Origin: Succinivibrio sp.
GTDB lineage: Bacteria; Pseudomonadota; Gammaproteobacteria; Enterobacterales; Succinivibrionaceae
Direction: 5' to 3'
Length of the DNA stretch: 64,000 bases
Assembly: GCA_051885305.1 (NCBI GenBank)
Contig: JBJEWY010000071.1
Coordinates: forward strand, 5,361-69,360
Part shown: in pieces, positions 40,585 to 50,328 of the stretch
Numbering within the stretch: position 1 is the first letter of the stretch
Layout of the letters: every line of letters starts with the position of its first letter
Program-made: the position numbers and the translations under genes
Notes under the pieces: generated by a model
Seen by the model: only the letters and a program-made list of their open reading frames with translations
Database searches by the model: none
What the model was told of the DNA's origin: nothing

Positions 40585-41223
40585 TTAATCCCAAACTAAT
40601 ACTTCAACTGGAGTTGGATTGTATGCGTTGCAAGGATTGTTCAGCTGAGGACAGTTTGAAATCAGAATTGTAGTGTCCATTAAAGCCTCAAATTCCACAT
40701 AGAATCCAGGTGCGCTTATACCATCAGCAAATGTCAGGTAACCATCTTCGGTTACAGGAACATTCATAAAGAAATTGATGTTGTGGGCTATATCTCTTTT
40801 GGTTAAACCAAATTCTCTTTTTTCATTTACTGCAAGCATCCATGAATCACGGCAAGCATGCATAAACTTCTTTTCAATTGCATAGCGTACTGTGTTGCTT
40901 TCTGTTGCGCAGGCCCCACCTAAAGTGTCATGACGTCCACAGTTATCTGCAACAATTTTCAGCATTGGATTATTGAAATTTGTTCTGAGTACTGTTCCTG
41001 TTGTCAGGAAAATGTTCATCTGCTCACGGATGGTATTTTCAGCGCTGTAACGCTCTTCTTTATTGTGGGTGTTGTAAAAAAGAGAATCTGATGCCTGATT
41101 TCCTTCAATATCTACCAGACGGAATTTCTGACCCTTTTTGATGTCATGAAGAAAATATGAACCTGCAGGTACTATTTCTCTGTATACGGCGTTCTCTGGT
41201 AATAATGAACTTTCTTTTTTCAT
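40585..41223 (-). CDS. cgdB: Carboxyguanidine deiminase subunit (DUF1989, urea carboxylase-associated protein)
   Basis: [46 protein letters not shown]. Confidence 0.85.
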   Translation of the reverse strand: MKKESSLLPENAVYREIVPAGSYFLHDIKKGQKFRLVDIEGNQASDSLFYNTHNKEERYSAENTIREQMNIFLTTGTVLRTNFNNPMLKIVADNCGRHDTLGGACATESNTVRYAIEKKFMHACRDSWMLAVNEKREFGLTKRDIAHNINFFMNVPVTEDGYLTFADGISAPGFYVEFEALMDTTILISNCPQLNNPCNAYNPTPVEVLVWD

Positions 41224-41235
41224 CTTCTGTTCCCT

Positions 41236-41967
41236 CTAAAAAAGATCCTTGATGCCAAACATGTAACGTCTGGTGTTCTCAAAGCCACGCTTATTCTCAT
41301 CACAGTGAGTTCTGCACATATCAAATTCACCAGCAGGATCACAGCTGTAAACAGCATAGTGAACACCATGTCGAGGATAATCTTTTGCTGGATTAAGAGG
41401 ATGCGGACAGGTATGGAACATCACTAGAGTTGGCATCTCAAAACGTAGAGCAATGACATTACCCTTTTTGGAGTGGTTTTCCACAAATGAGAGATTGCCA
41501 TCATAATCTACTGAAACGCGTGAAAACAGATTCAGATTCATGTGCATATCTTTAGCACTTAATCCGTATTTGCCAAGTTCTACAAGGAAACTGTCAAAAC
41601 CGTTCTGTTTCCATTCATTACGATCCTTCTGATAATCTCTGTCGCCCCATTTCTTTTCAACCATTTTGCGATCGCAGTTACCTGTAACTGTATCAATCCA
41701 TCCGGTATCATCACGGACAACTGAGCACATTACTCGCCCCATATCACTGTATACACAGTTACCTTCAGTGAGCTTGAATGTATGCTGACACTTCAAGGTA
41801 TCTGGCGCATTGTATCTTTCACAAAGGTTGAGTGGGTTGAACAACATCATTCCAACATTTGCGCCTCCATCCACATCTGTAAACTCTAAAATTGAATTTG
41901 CAGGAAGGATGGCTGAAAAGTGAGCTGCACCAGGCATATCTTCCTGATAAATCAGTTTCTTTGACAT
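41236..41967 (-). CDS. cgdA: Carboxyguanidine deiminase subunit (DUF1989, urea carboxylase-associated protein)
   Basis: GGANVGM, ERYNAPDTLKCQHT, SDMGR, HTCPHPL, ENKRGFENT. Confidence 0.85.
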   Translation of the reverse strand: MSKKLIYQEDMPGAAHFSAILPANSILEFTDVDGGANVGMMLFNPLNLCERYNAPDTLKCQHTFKLTEGNCVYSDMGRVMCSVVRDDTGWIDTVTGNCDRKMVEKKWGDRDYQKDRNEWKQNGFDSFLVELGKYGLSAKDMHMNLNLFSRVSVDYDGNLSFVENHSKKGNVIALRFEMPTLVMFHTCPHPLNPAKDYPRHGVHYAVYSCDPAGEFDMCRTHCDENKRGFENTRRYMFGIKDLF

Positions 41968-42003
41968 TTTCTTATCCTCTTGTTTCTTTGTTATTTGAAA
42001 TAG

Positions 42004-42792
42004 CTAATTCTCCTGAGAATCAACCATTCCATCCTTAAGCTTCATATCGTAGGTTATAGTTGATCCAAGCGTATTCTTGTGGGTCTTTGCACTCTTGATC
42101 TTGTCAAATACCCAGAGCCTGCTTCCAAGCTTAAAGCCTTCACTCAAGTCATGAGTAACCATAAAAATTGTCAGATTATTCTGCTTCCATAAATCATGGA
42201 TGAGCTGGTGCATATCCTTTCTGATACCAGGATCGAGTGCGCCAAAAGGTTCATCTAAAAGCAGAATCTTTGGTTTCTTCATCAGTGCCTGTGCTATGGC
42301 AAGTCGCTGCTGCATACCACCTGAAAGTTCTGACGGATAGCGTTTTAAAGCATGACTTAAGCCAACCTTTTCAAGCATCTGTTCTGCTTCTGCTCTTATT
42401 TCCCTTTTCTTTGAACCTGAAATAAAACCTAAGAAATTCGATTCTTCAAAGGTTCTTGCTACCATGACATTTTCAAGTACGGTCATATGAGGAAAAACAC
42501 TGTACTTCTGAAAGACAATACCTCTTTCTTCGTTAGGCTCCTTGCTGATAGGCTTTCCTTCAAACAGCAGCTGACCTCTTGAACATTGTTCGGTACCTAA
42601 AATAAGTTTTAAAAAAGTACTCTTTCCACAGCCAGATGTTCCAATTACAGTAATGAATTCACCCCTGTTAATCTTTACATTGATCTTTTCAAGAATTACT
42701 GTCTGTCCATATTCCTTCCAAAGATTAACCGCCTCAATTATTGGGGTTTCTTCTGTACTTGATTGCAATTGAGTAGTATTCATGTAACCCAT
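42004..42792 (-). CDS. ABC transporter ATP-binding subunit (nitrate/sulfonate type; guanidine uptake)
   Basis: GTSGCGKST, LSGGMQQR, LLLDEPFGALD. Confidence 0.92.
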   Translation of the reverse strand: MGYMNTTQLQSSTEETPIIEAVNLWKEYGQTVILEKINVKINRGEFITVIGTSGCGKSTFLKLILGTEQCSRGQLLFEGKPISKEPNEERGIVFQKYSVFPHMTVLENVMVARTFEESNFLGFISGSKKREIRAEAEQMLEKVGLSHALKRYPSELSGGMQQRLAIAQALMKKPKILLLDEPFGALDPGIRKDMHQLIHDLWKQNNLTIFMVTHDLSEGFKLGSRLWVFDKIKSAKTHKNTLGSTITYDMKLKDGMVDSQEN

Positions 42793-42799
42793 CCCTTAT

Positions 42800-43609
42800 T
42801 TACAGGTAGTACCATTTGAAGAGTTTCTTTGAAATCAGCTTTAGGATCAGATCCATTGCAAAAGCAAGAATGGTAATCCAGGCTACATACGGAAGAATTA
42901 CAGACATATCAAGGTATCTTCTAACAAGGAAAATCCTGTATCCAAGTCCGCTGTTTGCTGCAATTGCCTCTGCTGAGATTAAAAACAGCCAGGCACTTCC
43001 TAAAGTCAGCCTAAGAGATGAAAACAGCTTAGGCATGATCTGAGGTAACAGCACTTTTGTCAGTATCTGTCCTGTGCTTGCACCTAAAGTAAGACTCTTT
43101 ACAATAATTTCCTGCGGTATGGCTCTTGTTGCCTGTTCAATATCGCGAATGATAAAAGGGCAGATTCCTATAATAATGAGCATTATTTTGGCAAAATCAC
43201 CCAAACCAAAGCTTATAAAAAGTATTGGTAATATTGCCATTGGAGGAATCAGTGAAATTACGGTTGTCAGCGGGCTGAACAGGTGCCTGAATACTGGAAT
43301 TGAGCCATTTAAAAGCCCCAGAACCAGTCCTACGATTCCGCTTACAGCAACACCAGTAAGCAGGAGCTTTAGACTTGATAAAGTATCGTTTATAAGAAGA
43401 ATGCTTCCGGTTCTTTTATCTGGCTCACTTACCAGTGCAACGATTTTATGTCCAATTGTTGACAGTGATGGTAACAGCTTATCGTTTGGGTTTATCCCTA
43501 AACGGCTTGCCGATGCAATGATATAAGCAAGGAACAATACCACAAAAGGTATAACAGTCAAAAAGAGTCTGTTTACCTTGTTTACGTCATAGTTAATCAT
43601 TTTGGACAT
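42800..43609 (-). CDS. ABC transporter permease (guanidine uptake)
   Basis: NDKLLPS, IPPMAILP, AWLFLISAEAIA..GLGYRIFLVRRY. Confidence 0.9.
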   Translation of the reverse strand: MSKMINYDVNKVNRLFLTVIPFVVLFLAYIIASASRLGINPNDKLLPSLSTIGHKIVALVSEPDKRTGSILLINDTLSSLKLLLTGVAVSGIVGLVLGLLNGSIPVFRHLFSPLTTVISLIPPMAILPILFISFGLGDFAKIMLIIIGICPFIIRDIEQATRAIPQEIIVKSLTLGASTGQILTKVLLPQIMPKLFSSLRLTLGSAWLFLISAEAIAANSGLGYRIFLVRRYLDMSVILPYVAWITILAFAMDLILKLISKKLFKWYYL

Positions 43610-43627
43610 AATACTTACCCGTAAATA

Positions 43628-44704
43628 TTAAAGTTTACCGTCTGCAGCCATCTGCATAAATTCAGGGGTAAAACGTAATTTGATGTTGTTCTTGTCACCG
43701 TATATGCCACTTGGTGTCTCAATACCAACATACTCGGCACTTGTTGCAGCATCACCAAACAGGCCATGTAAATATGAGAACTCAGCCATTGCCTTCATAG
43801 TAGAAAGGAGCTCTTTAGTTTTGCTGTAATCAGCTGCATCCTGAGCTTTGTAAAACAGATGAATAGTCTTAATTTGATCTTTGTAGTTCTGCATATCTGT
43901 GCCAGCTGCTTTTGCCATAATGGTTAAAGCTTCATCAGTCTTTTCTCCAGAACCACTCATGATGCCCATGATTTCGTACCATGCGCCTGCAAGGGCTTTG
44001 GCAAACTCAGGGTTTTCCTTGATGACTTCTGTCTTTACTACTGTTAAATCAAGAATCTCACCTGGGATGTTGCTTGAATCAAATACCTTGAAGGTGCCAG
44101 GATTTCCGGCCTCAATTTCAGATACGATAGGATTCCAGGTTACAACAGTATCAACATCGTCTGTGGTATATGCTGATGCCATATCTGAATCTGAGGTATT
44201 AACGACTGTAATATCCTTCTCACTCATACCATTCTTTTCTAAAGCACGAGCTAAAAGATAATGAGATACTGAAAGCTCAACTAAATTGATATTCTTGCCT
44301 TTAAGCTCTTTAACTGACTGAGCAGACTTTGACAGAATTGCATCAGTACCGTTTGAGTAATCACCAATAATCACTGCGGTGCTGTCTACGCCACCTACTG
44401 CTGGAATATCAAGTGCATCCATACTTGCCATAGTGCAGGCATCAAAATCACCTGCTGTATACTGGTTTATTGATTCGGCATAATCATTTACCTGAACAAT
44501 CTCAATTTTGATATTGTATTTATCAGCCCACTTGTCCATGATTTTGCTTGCTGCTGCATAATCGTATGGCATCCAGCCAGCAAAAATTGTCCAGGCAACC
44601 TTAAATGAATCTTTTGCCTGTGCTTCAGAAATACAAGAACCAAATGCAATTGATGCAGCTAATGTGGTTGCCATTACCTTTTTTACAAATTTAAAATTCT
44701 TCAT
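43628..44704 (-). CDS. ABC transporter substrate-binding protein (urea-carboxylase-associated; probably binds guanidine)
   Basis: Signal peptide; WTIFAGWMP, NDYAESINQY, DYSNG, LVELSVSHYLL, TWNP; start ATG 44704 with AGGAG SD. Confidence 0.88.
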   Translation of the reverse strand: MKNFKFVKKVMATTLAASIAFGSCISEAQAKDSFKVAWTIFAGWMPYDYAAASKIMDKWADKYNIKIEIVQVNDYAESINQYTAGDFDACTMASMDALDIPAVGGVDSTAVIIGDYSNGTDAILSKSAQSVKELKGKNINLVELSVSHYLLARALEKNGMSEKDITVVNTSDSDMASAYTTDDVDTVVTWNPIVSEIEAGNPGTFKVFDSSNIPGEILDLTVVKTEVIKENPEFAKALAGAWYEIMGIMSGSGEKTDEALTIMAKAAGTDMQNYKDQIKTIHLFYKAQDAADYSKTKELLSTMKAMAEFSYLHGLFGDAATSAEYVGIETPSGIYGDKNNIKLRFTPEFMQMAADGKL

Positions 44705-44729
44705 GATCGCGCTCCTACTTTCTTGAGGC

Positions 44730-44765
44730 AAAAAAAAAGGAGATCGGCTCATACTGCCTATCTCC
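44730..44765 (-). terminator. Riboswitch-controlled intrinsic terminator (expression platform)
   Basis: Minus strand GGAGATAGGC...GCCGATCTCC followed by T9; the 5' arm overlaps the aptamer 3' end. Confidence 0.85.
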
Positions 44766-44873
44766 TCCCGGGCTTTTATCCCGCCGTGAACCTGAATATG
44801 TTTTCTTCAGGTTAGATTCTCTCGGACCGAACATTACATCCAAAACAGTTGCAACTGGAACCCTAGAACCTAA
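44764..44873 (-). ncRNA. Guanidine-I (ykkC-yxkD) riboswitch
   Basis: Minus strand has GGTTCTAGGGTTCC...GGTCCGAGAG...CACGGCGGGATAAAAGCCCGGGAGG, upstream of the ABC-cgdAB-carboxylase operon. Confidence 0.95.
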
Positions 44874-45000
44874 TTACAGCGTAAATATACCAAGCAACTA
44901 CGTTAATTTACGTACACGCACTATTTATAAACACGAAATGTAAGTGATTTAGGTAAATGCACTACTTTAGGATGGATAATTCATAGTATTAGTGCACATT

Positions 45001-45035
45001 AAAAAATGAAATTCCTGCAGTATTCTGCAGGAATT
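45001..45035 (-). terminator. Intrinsic terminator after ddl
   Basis: aattcctgcag/ctgcaggaatt hairpin followed by a T-rich run on the minus strand. Confidence 0.7.
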
Positions 45036-45042
45036 AAATGGA

Positions 45043-46044
45043 TTATTTATGCTGTTTCTGTGCGATTGCTTTGTAAACAGCTTTTGCAAGGAACTGATCC
45101 ATCTTGTCTCCATTGTGCTCAAGCATCTTTGGGAACATGGATATAGGGGTGGCACCAGGGAAGGTGTTGATCTCATTGATTAAGATACCGTCCTCTTTTG
45201 ACAGGAAGAAATCTATTCTTGAGAGATCTCTCAGTTTAAGTCCTCTAAAGGCTCGTCGGGCAAGCTCCTGAATAGTAGCTATATCCTCTTCGCTGAGATC
45301 CTCTGGCTCTACAGTAGTTACTGTGCCAGAATCCTTTGAGTATTTTTCACTGAATGTATAGAACTTGTTTTCTGGAATTATAATTTCACCAGGTTTTGAG
45401 ATTTTCAGCTCATCTCCTATTTCATAGGCAGCAACCTCAAGTTCTCTGTGAACAATATTCTTTTCGATGACAACTTCAGAACTGAAACTAAAAGCCTCTA
45501 CAATACTGTCCCATACATCCTCGCGCTTGGTGACGTGGTAGCAGCCTACAGATGAGCCTTGTGAAGCAGCTTTAACGTATATATCGCTGTATTTTTCATA
45601 AAATTCAATTGCCTGCTTCCTGTATGTATCATTCTGAAGCGGAATAATTCTGTATGGAGTATTAGGAATACCTAAAGCATCGAGGTAGAGCTTTGTGGTG
45701 TTTTTATTAAAACAGTTTCTGCTTGCCTCAGCTCCACAGCCAATGTATGGAATGTCTAGAATATCAAGAAATGACTGAATATCACCAGTTTCACCTGGAA
45801 TACCGTGGATACAAGGAACTACACAGTCAACATCAAATTTATGACCACTAAAAATGAATGTATTGCTGTTATCAAAATAGCCTGGTTCACCGTCAACTAA
45901 AAACTGATGATCATGGATAACGGCTTTTAATACATAAAAGTCTTCGGTCTTGTTAAGCTGTTCTTCAATAAACTGTGCTGAAAGAAGAGAAATATCGTGT
46001 TCGGCTCCATCACCGCCACAAAGAAGAAGAATGTTGGTACTCAT
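45043..46044 (-). CDS. ddl: D-alanine--D-alanine ligase
   Basis: GG..EHDISLLSA, HGIPGETG.IQ, QGSSVG, FYTFSEKY, SRIDFF, NEINTFPG. Confidence 0.93.
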   Translation of the reverse strand: MSTNILLLCGGDGAEHDISLLSAQFIEEQLNKTEDFYVLKAVIHDHQFLVDGEPGYFDNSNTFIFSGHKFDVDCVVPCIHGIPGETGDIQSFLDILDIPYIGCGAEASRNCFNKNTTKLYLDALGIPNTPYRIIPLQNDTYRKQAIEFYEKYSDIYVKAASQGSSVGCYHVTKREDVWDSIVEAFSFSSEVVIEKNIVHRELEVAAYEIGDELKISKPGEIIIPENKFYTFSEKYSKDSGTVTTVEPEDLSEEDIATIQELARRAFRGLKLRDLSRIDFFLSKEDGILINEINTFPGATPISMFPKMLEHNGDKMDQFLAKAVYKAIAQKQHK

Positions 46045-46236
46045 GTTTATTTCCAAATAAATACTTTAAGTAAATATTATGATAGTTGTTTCTTTATGTT
46101 CAAGAACTAATAGAAATATTACTCTTAAAAAATTATAAAAGAGCATAAAAGTAGTTTTAAGGGCATTTTTTATGATCATATCTGTCAGTTTATGAGTCAC
46201 AAGCATGACTTAAAAGCTATTTGAGCATCTGCAAGT

Positions 46237-46264
46237 AAAAAGGGAGAGCATAAGCTCTCCCTTC
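46237..46264 (-). terminator. Intrinsic terminator after trxA
   Basis: aagggagagc/gctctccctt hairpin with a T-run on the minus strand. Confidence 0.8.
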
Positions 46265-46280
46265 TGGAAATATATACAGA

Positions 46281-46604
46281 CTAATCTAAAGCACTTTCAA
46301 TGAAAGCTTTAAGCTCTGATTTTGGAAGAGCTCCAATCTGACGATTGACAATCTCGCCATTCTTGAACAGTAGGAGATTTGGAATACTCATCACTCCATA
46401 TTTTGTTGCATAAGCAGAGTTTTTGTCGATGTCTACTTTGACAATCTTCACATCAGGGAGTTCTTCTGCGAGCTCTTCCAAGTAAGGTCCAATCATTTTG
46501 CAAGGACCGCACCAGGTAGCCCAGAAATCAACCAGAACGAGTTTATCTGAGTTAAGAACCTCAGTTTCGAATTGGTTATCATTGATATGCAGAACTTCGC
46601 TCAT
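46281..46604 (-). CDS. trxA: Thioredoxin
   Basis: VDFWATWCGPCKM; GGAGG SD before ATG 46604. Confidence 0.95.
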   Translation of the reverse strand: MSEVLHINDNQFETEVLNSDKLVLVDFWATWCGPCKMIGPYLEELAEELPDVKIVKVDIDKNSAYATKYGVMSIPNLLLFKNGEIVNRQIGALPKSELKAFIESALD

Positions 46605-46671
46605 ATTATCCTCCATTTATAGTCCTCTGATATTAACACTAAGAACAGAATAAATTCAGATAAATCTGAGA

Positions 46672-47307
46672 TTAATTATCATTTTTGTTGCATGTAATAT
46701 GTTTTAGTATGAAATTGAGCATGATGCCATATGCTGGTACGAATATGGAAAGGTTGGCTGTTATCTTGACGATATAGTCTACCAGCGCAATTTCAACCCA
46801 GTGTTCAGCCATGAATGCATCAGGACTGTACATAAAGGCAACAGCAAAGAATACATAGGTATCTAAAAGATTTCCGAGTACAGAGCTTGCAAGAGGGGCT
46901 GGCCACCATCTTTTTAGCTGTCTTAGGTGCTGGAAAACCAGAATATCAGCAAGCTGACCTATGGCGTAAGCTGTAAGAGATGCTAAGGTAATTCTAAATA
47001 CAAACATTGAGAAGCTGCTTAGATTAGCAAATCCCTGGAAATCTCCATGCTCAAAGAGTGTTCCTACAAAATATGACAGGACAAGTCCTGGCAGGGTAGC
47101 AAGAAAAACAATTTTTCTGGCGTGGTGCTTTCCAAAGATTCTGACAGTCAGGTCTGTAGTTAGAAAGATAAAAGGATAGGTAAAAGTTCCTACGGTAGTG
47201 TTGATTCCCAAAATAGTAATCGGGATCTGCACAGCGTAATTACTTAGTACCAGAATAAAAATATGAAAAAACCAAAGCTTTTTAAAAGGGAAAGAAAAAA
47301 TATTCAT
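46672..47307 (-). CDS. yhhQ: Queuosine precursor (preQ0/preQ1) transporter
   Basis: SNYAVQIP, GTFTYPFIFLTTDLTVRIFG...AR, GQLADILVF, HWVEIALVDY. Confidence 0.88.
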   Translation of the reverse strand: MNIFSFPFKKLWFFHIFILVLSNYAVQIPITILGINTTVGTFTYPFIFLTTDLTVRIFGKHHARKIVFLATLPGLVLSYFVGTLFEHGDFQGFANLSSFSMFVFRITLASLTAYAIGQLADILVFQHLRQLKRWWPAPLASSVLGNLLDTYVFFAVAFMYSPDAFMAEHWVEIALVDYIVKITANLSIFVPAYGIMLNFILKHITCNKNDN

Positions 47308-47515
47308 TTTCGTTTCAGTAGTAAAAAAAATAAAGAACAGAACCTAGATAGGTTCACCTGCCGCTAGGGCAGGGATATTTTAGCCCAAATGACTGCAAAG
47401 ATGTTATAAGGTTGCAAAAAAGGTGTTTTTACTTGATGAATGAGCTTTCACAGTGTGAACTTGGCTCTTTTAAAGCATGGTACAATTTACAAAAAAACAT
47501 TTATCAGGATAAGTT

Positions 47516-50317
47516 ATGTCAGACAAGTTCCCTCTAGTTTTAATTGATGGCTCATCTTTTTTATATCGTGCCTTTTATGCTGCACGTCAGGGTTTCACAA
47601 ATTCCAAAGGTGTTCCGACTGGAGTTTCTTTAATCATTACCAAAATGTTGCAGGGCATTATTGATAAGTTTAAAGGTGCAAAATTTGTTATGGTCTTTGA
47701 TGCCAAGGGAAAGTCTTTCAGATCTGAACTATACAAAGAATATAAGGCTAACCGCCCTCCAATGCCTGAAGATCTGAGAGTTCAGATCGAGTTTGTTCAT
47801 GCGATAGTCAGAGCCATGGGATTCCCTTTGGTATCAATTGAAGGTGTAGAGGCTGATGACGTACTTGGAACCTATGCCATAGAAGCTACCAAAGAAGGAA
47901 TAAAGACTGTTATCTGCACTGGTGATAAGGATCTTTCTCAGCTTGTAGATGATAATGTTGTTCTTTACGACTCAATGAAAGATGTTTTTTATGACGTAAA
48001 CGGGGTAGCTGAGAAATTTGGAGTTGCACCTTCGCATATTGTTGATTTTCTGGCTCTAAAAGGAGACTCTTCTGACAATATTCCTGGTATGGCAGGAGTT
48101 GGCGATAAAACCGCTCAGGCTCTCATAAATGAAATTGGCGGAATTGAGGAAATTTATTCTAACAGGGATAAAATTGCATCTCTGTCATTTAGAGGGGCAA
48201 AGAATTTTGCAGAAAAATTTGAATCTCAGATAGATGTTATCCGACTCTCATATAAGCTTGCCACTATTAAGACAGATGTAGAGCTGCCTTTCAGTGTAAA
48301 AGATGTACCTGCACTTGTACCAAATAGGCAGGAACTTATCTCAATATATAAAGAGCTTGAGTTTAAAAAGATGCTTTCTGAGCTTCTGCATTCTGCTGAC
48401 AGTGAAAATACAGTAGCAGATACAGCAATAAATACTCAAGTATCTAAGAGTGAATCTATCTTCTCATCTGATGAACAGAGTGCTTTAGATAACATAAACA
48501 CCTACAGTGCACAGTTCACTCTTGTAAATACAGAAGAACAGCTAAGAATGCTTGCTGATGACATTCGTAGAAGAAAATTCGTGGCATTTGATACTGAAAC
48601 TACTTCTGTTGATACAAGAAACTGCTCTATAGTCGGAATGTCATTATCTCTTGATGATAAAAGCGCCTGCTATATTCCTGTAAATCACACTTATCTTGGG
48701 GTTTCTCCTCAACTTACGGTTGCACAGATAAAAGAATATCTGCTGCCGGCTCTAAATGAGAACGGTGTAAAAATCGTAGGACACAATATCAAGTTTGATC
48801 TTGAAGTGATGCACTATCAGGGGCTTGATATCAAACTTGATAATGTTTACGCAGATACCATGGTTTTAGCCCATCTTGTAAACTCTGCTGCAGCTGTAAA
48901 CATGGATTCTTTGGCTCAGTCTCTTTTAAATTATCAGACTATTACCTACAAGGAAGTTGTAGGTGACAAGAAAAAGATACCTATAAGTGAAGTGGAAGTT
49001 GAAAGGGTTTTAGATTACGCTGCTGAAGATGCCATAGTCACTCTTAGAATGTACGAGGCCTTAAGTAAGTCTTTAGATGACAATACTGTCTCAAAACTTT
49101 TCTTTTCACAGGAAATGCCTCTTTTAAAAGTTCTCTACAAGATGGAGCTGAATGGTGTATATGTTGATGCTTCTGAATTAGAGCGTCAGAATAAGGTGTT
49201 AAAAACTGAACTTAGTGAACTTGAAAAGCAGATTTATGCATCAGCAGGTATTGAGTTTAATATTGCCTCGCCAAAGCAGCTAGGAGAAGTTCTGTTTGAC
49301 AAGTTAAAGATCCCTTATCCAAAGAAGCTTAAGGCAGGAGCAAAATATTCAACAGCAGAGGATATTTTAGAGTCCATCTCCTATGATTATGACATTGCCA
49401 ATCTGGTATTGCGCTATAGGGAATTAAGCAAGCTGATTTCAACCTATACAGAGAAGCTTCAGACTTTGATTGATCCGCAAACTCATCGCATATATGCTTC
49501 ATTTAATCAGGCAGGAACTGTCACAGGTAGACTGTCTTCATCCGATCCTAATCTTCAGAATATTCCTGCAAGGACAAAAGAAGGAAAACTTATCAGAAAG
49601 GCATTTACAGCTCCTGACGGTTACAGCATCATTTCTGCTGACTATTCTCAGATCGAACTGCGTCTTATTGCCCATATAAGTGAAGATCCTACTTTAATCA
49701 GCGCATTTAAGGCAGGTTACGATATTCATAGGGCAACTGCAGCTGAAGTATTACAGAAGAGAATAGAGGATGTAACTCCTCAGGAACGTTCACATGCAAA
49801 GGCAACAAATTTTGGTCTCATGTACGGAATGGGGGCTTTTGGACTAACAAGACAGACTCATATGAGTATGTCAGAGGCAAAGGTTTATATTGAAAGATAT
49901 TTCTCTAAGTATCCTGCAGTTAAAAAATACATGGAAGGTGTGAAGCAGTTTGCTAGGGATCATGAGTATGTTGAGGCAATCAACGGAAGAAAAATCATGG
50001 TTTCAAATATCACAAGTTCAAATACCATGTTGCAGAAAGCAGCAGAGCGCGCAGCTATCAATGCTCCTATGCAAGGAAGTGCAGCAGACATCATAAAGGT
50101 AGCTATGATAGATATTTCAAACTGGATCGAAACCTTACCAAAAGATACGGTCAGAATGACTGTTCAGGTTCACGATGAGCTCCTTTTTGAAGTTAAAAAT
50201 GACTTTATTGATAAAGCTAAACAGGTTATATCTGACATTATGGAACATGCCTGTGAGTTGAAGGTTCCTCTGTCAGTGGGAATTGAGAGCGGAGACAATT
50301 GGGCCGACTCTCATTAA
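47516..50317 (+). CDS. polA: DNA polymerase I
   Basis: LIDGSSFLYRAF, EADD, GDSSDNIPG, FDTET, TGRLSSSDPNLQNIP, DYSQIELR, QVHDEL. Confidence 0.97.
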   Translation: MSDKFPLVLIDGSSFLYRAFYAARQGFTNSKGVPTGVSLIITKMLQGIIDKFKGAKFVMVFDAKGKSFRSELYKEYKANRPPMPEDLRVQIEFVHAIVRAMGFPLVSIEGVEADDVLGTYAIEATKEGIKTVICTGDKDLSQLVDDNVVLYDSMKDVFYDVNGVAEKFGVAPSHIVDFLALKGDSSDNIPGMAGVGDKTAQALINEIGGIEEIYSNRDKIASLSFRGAKNFAEKFESQIDVIRLSYKLATIKTDVELPFSVKDVPALVPNRQELISIYKELEFKKMLSELLHSADSENTVADTAINTQVSKSESIFSSDEQSALDNINTYSAQFTLVNTEEQLRMLADDIRRRKFVAFDTETTSVDTRNCSIVGMSLSLDDKSACYIPVNHTYLGVSPQLTVAQIKEYLLPALNENGVKIVGHNIKFDLEVMHYQGLDIKLDNVYADTMVLAHLVNSAAAVNMDSLAQSLLNYQTITYKEVVGDKKKIPISEVEVERVLDYAAEDAIVTLRMYEALSKSLDDNTVSKLFFSQEMPLLKVLYKMELNGVYVDASELERQNKVLKTELSELEKQIYASAGIEFNIASPKQLGEVLFDKLKIPYPKKLKAGAKYSTAEDILESISYDYDIANLVLRYRELSKLISTYTEKLQTLIDPQTHRIYASFNQAGTVTGRLSSSDPNLQNIPARTKEGKLIRKAFTAPDGYSIISADYSQIELRLIAHISEDPTLISAFKAGYDIHRATAAEVLQKRIEDVTPQERSHAKATNFGLMYGMGAFGLTRQTHMSMSEAKVYIERYFSKYPAVKKYMEGVKQFARDHEYVEAINGRKIMVSNITSSNTMLQKAAERAAINAPMQGSAADIIKVAMIDISNWIETLPKDTVRMTVQVHDELLFEVKNDFIDKAKQVISDIMEHACELKVPLSVGIESGDNWADSH

Positions 50318-50328
50318 GAAAAAGGCGC

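Noticed and set aside
44705-44752. ORF-track N-terminal extension of the substrate-binding protein (possible leader peptide)
   Set aside because: It lies inside the riboswitch terminator; the SD and signal peptide fit ATG 44704
47308-47400. Canonical preQ1-I riboswitch upstream of yhhQ
   Set aside because: No matching loop plus A-rich 3' tail on the coding strand; kept only as an unexplained structured leader
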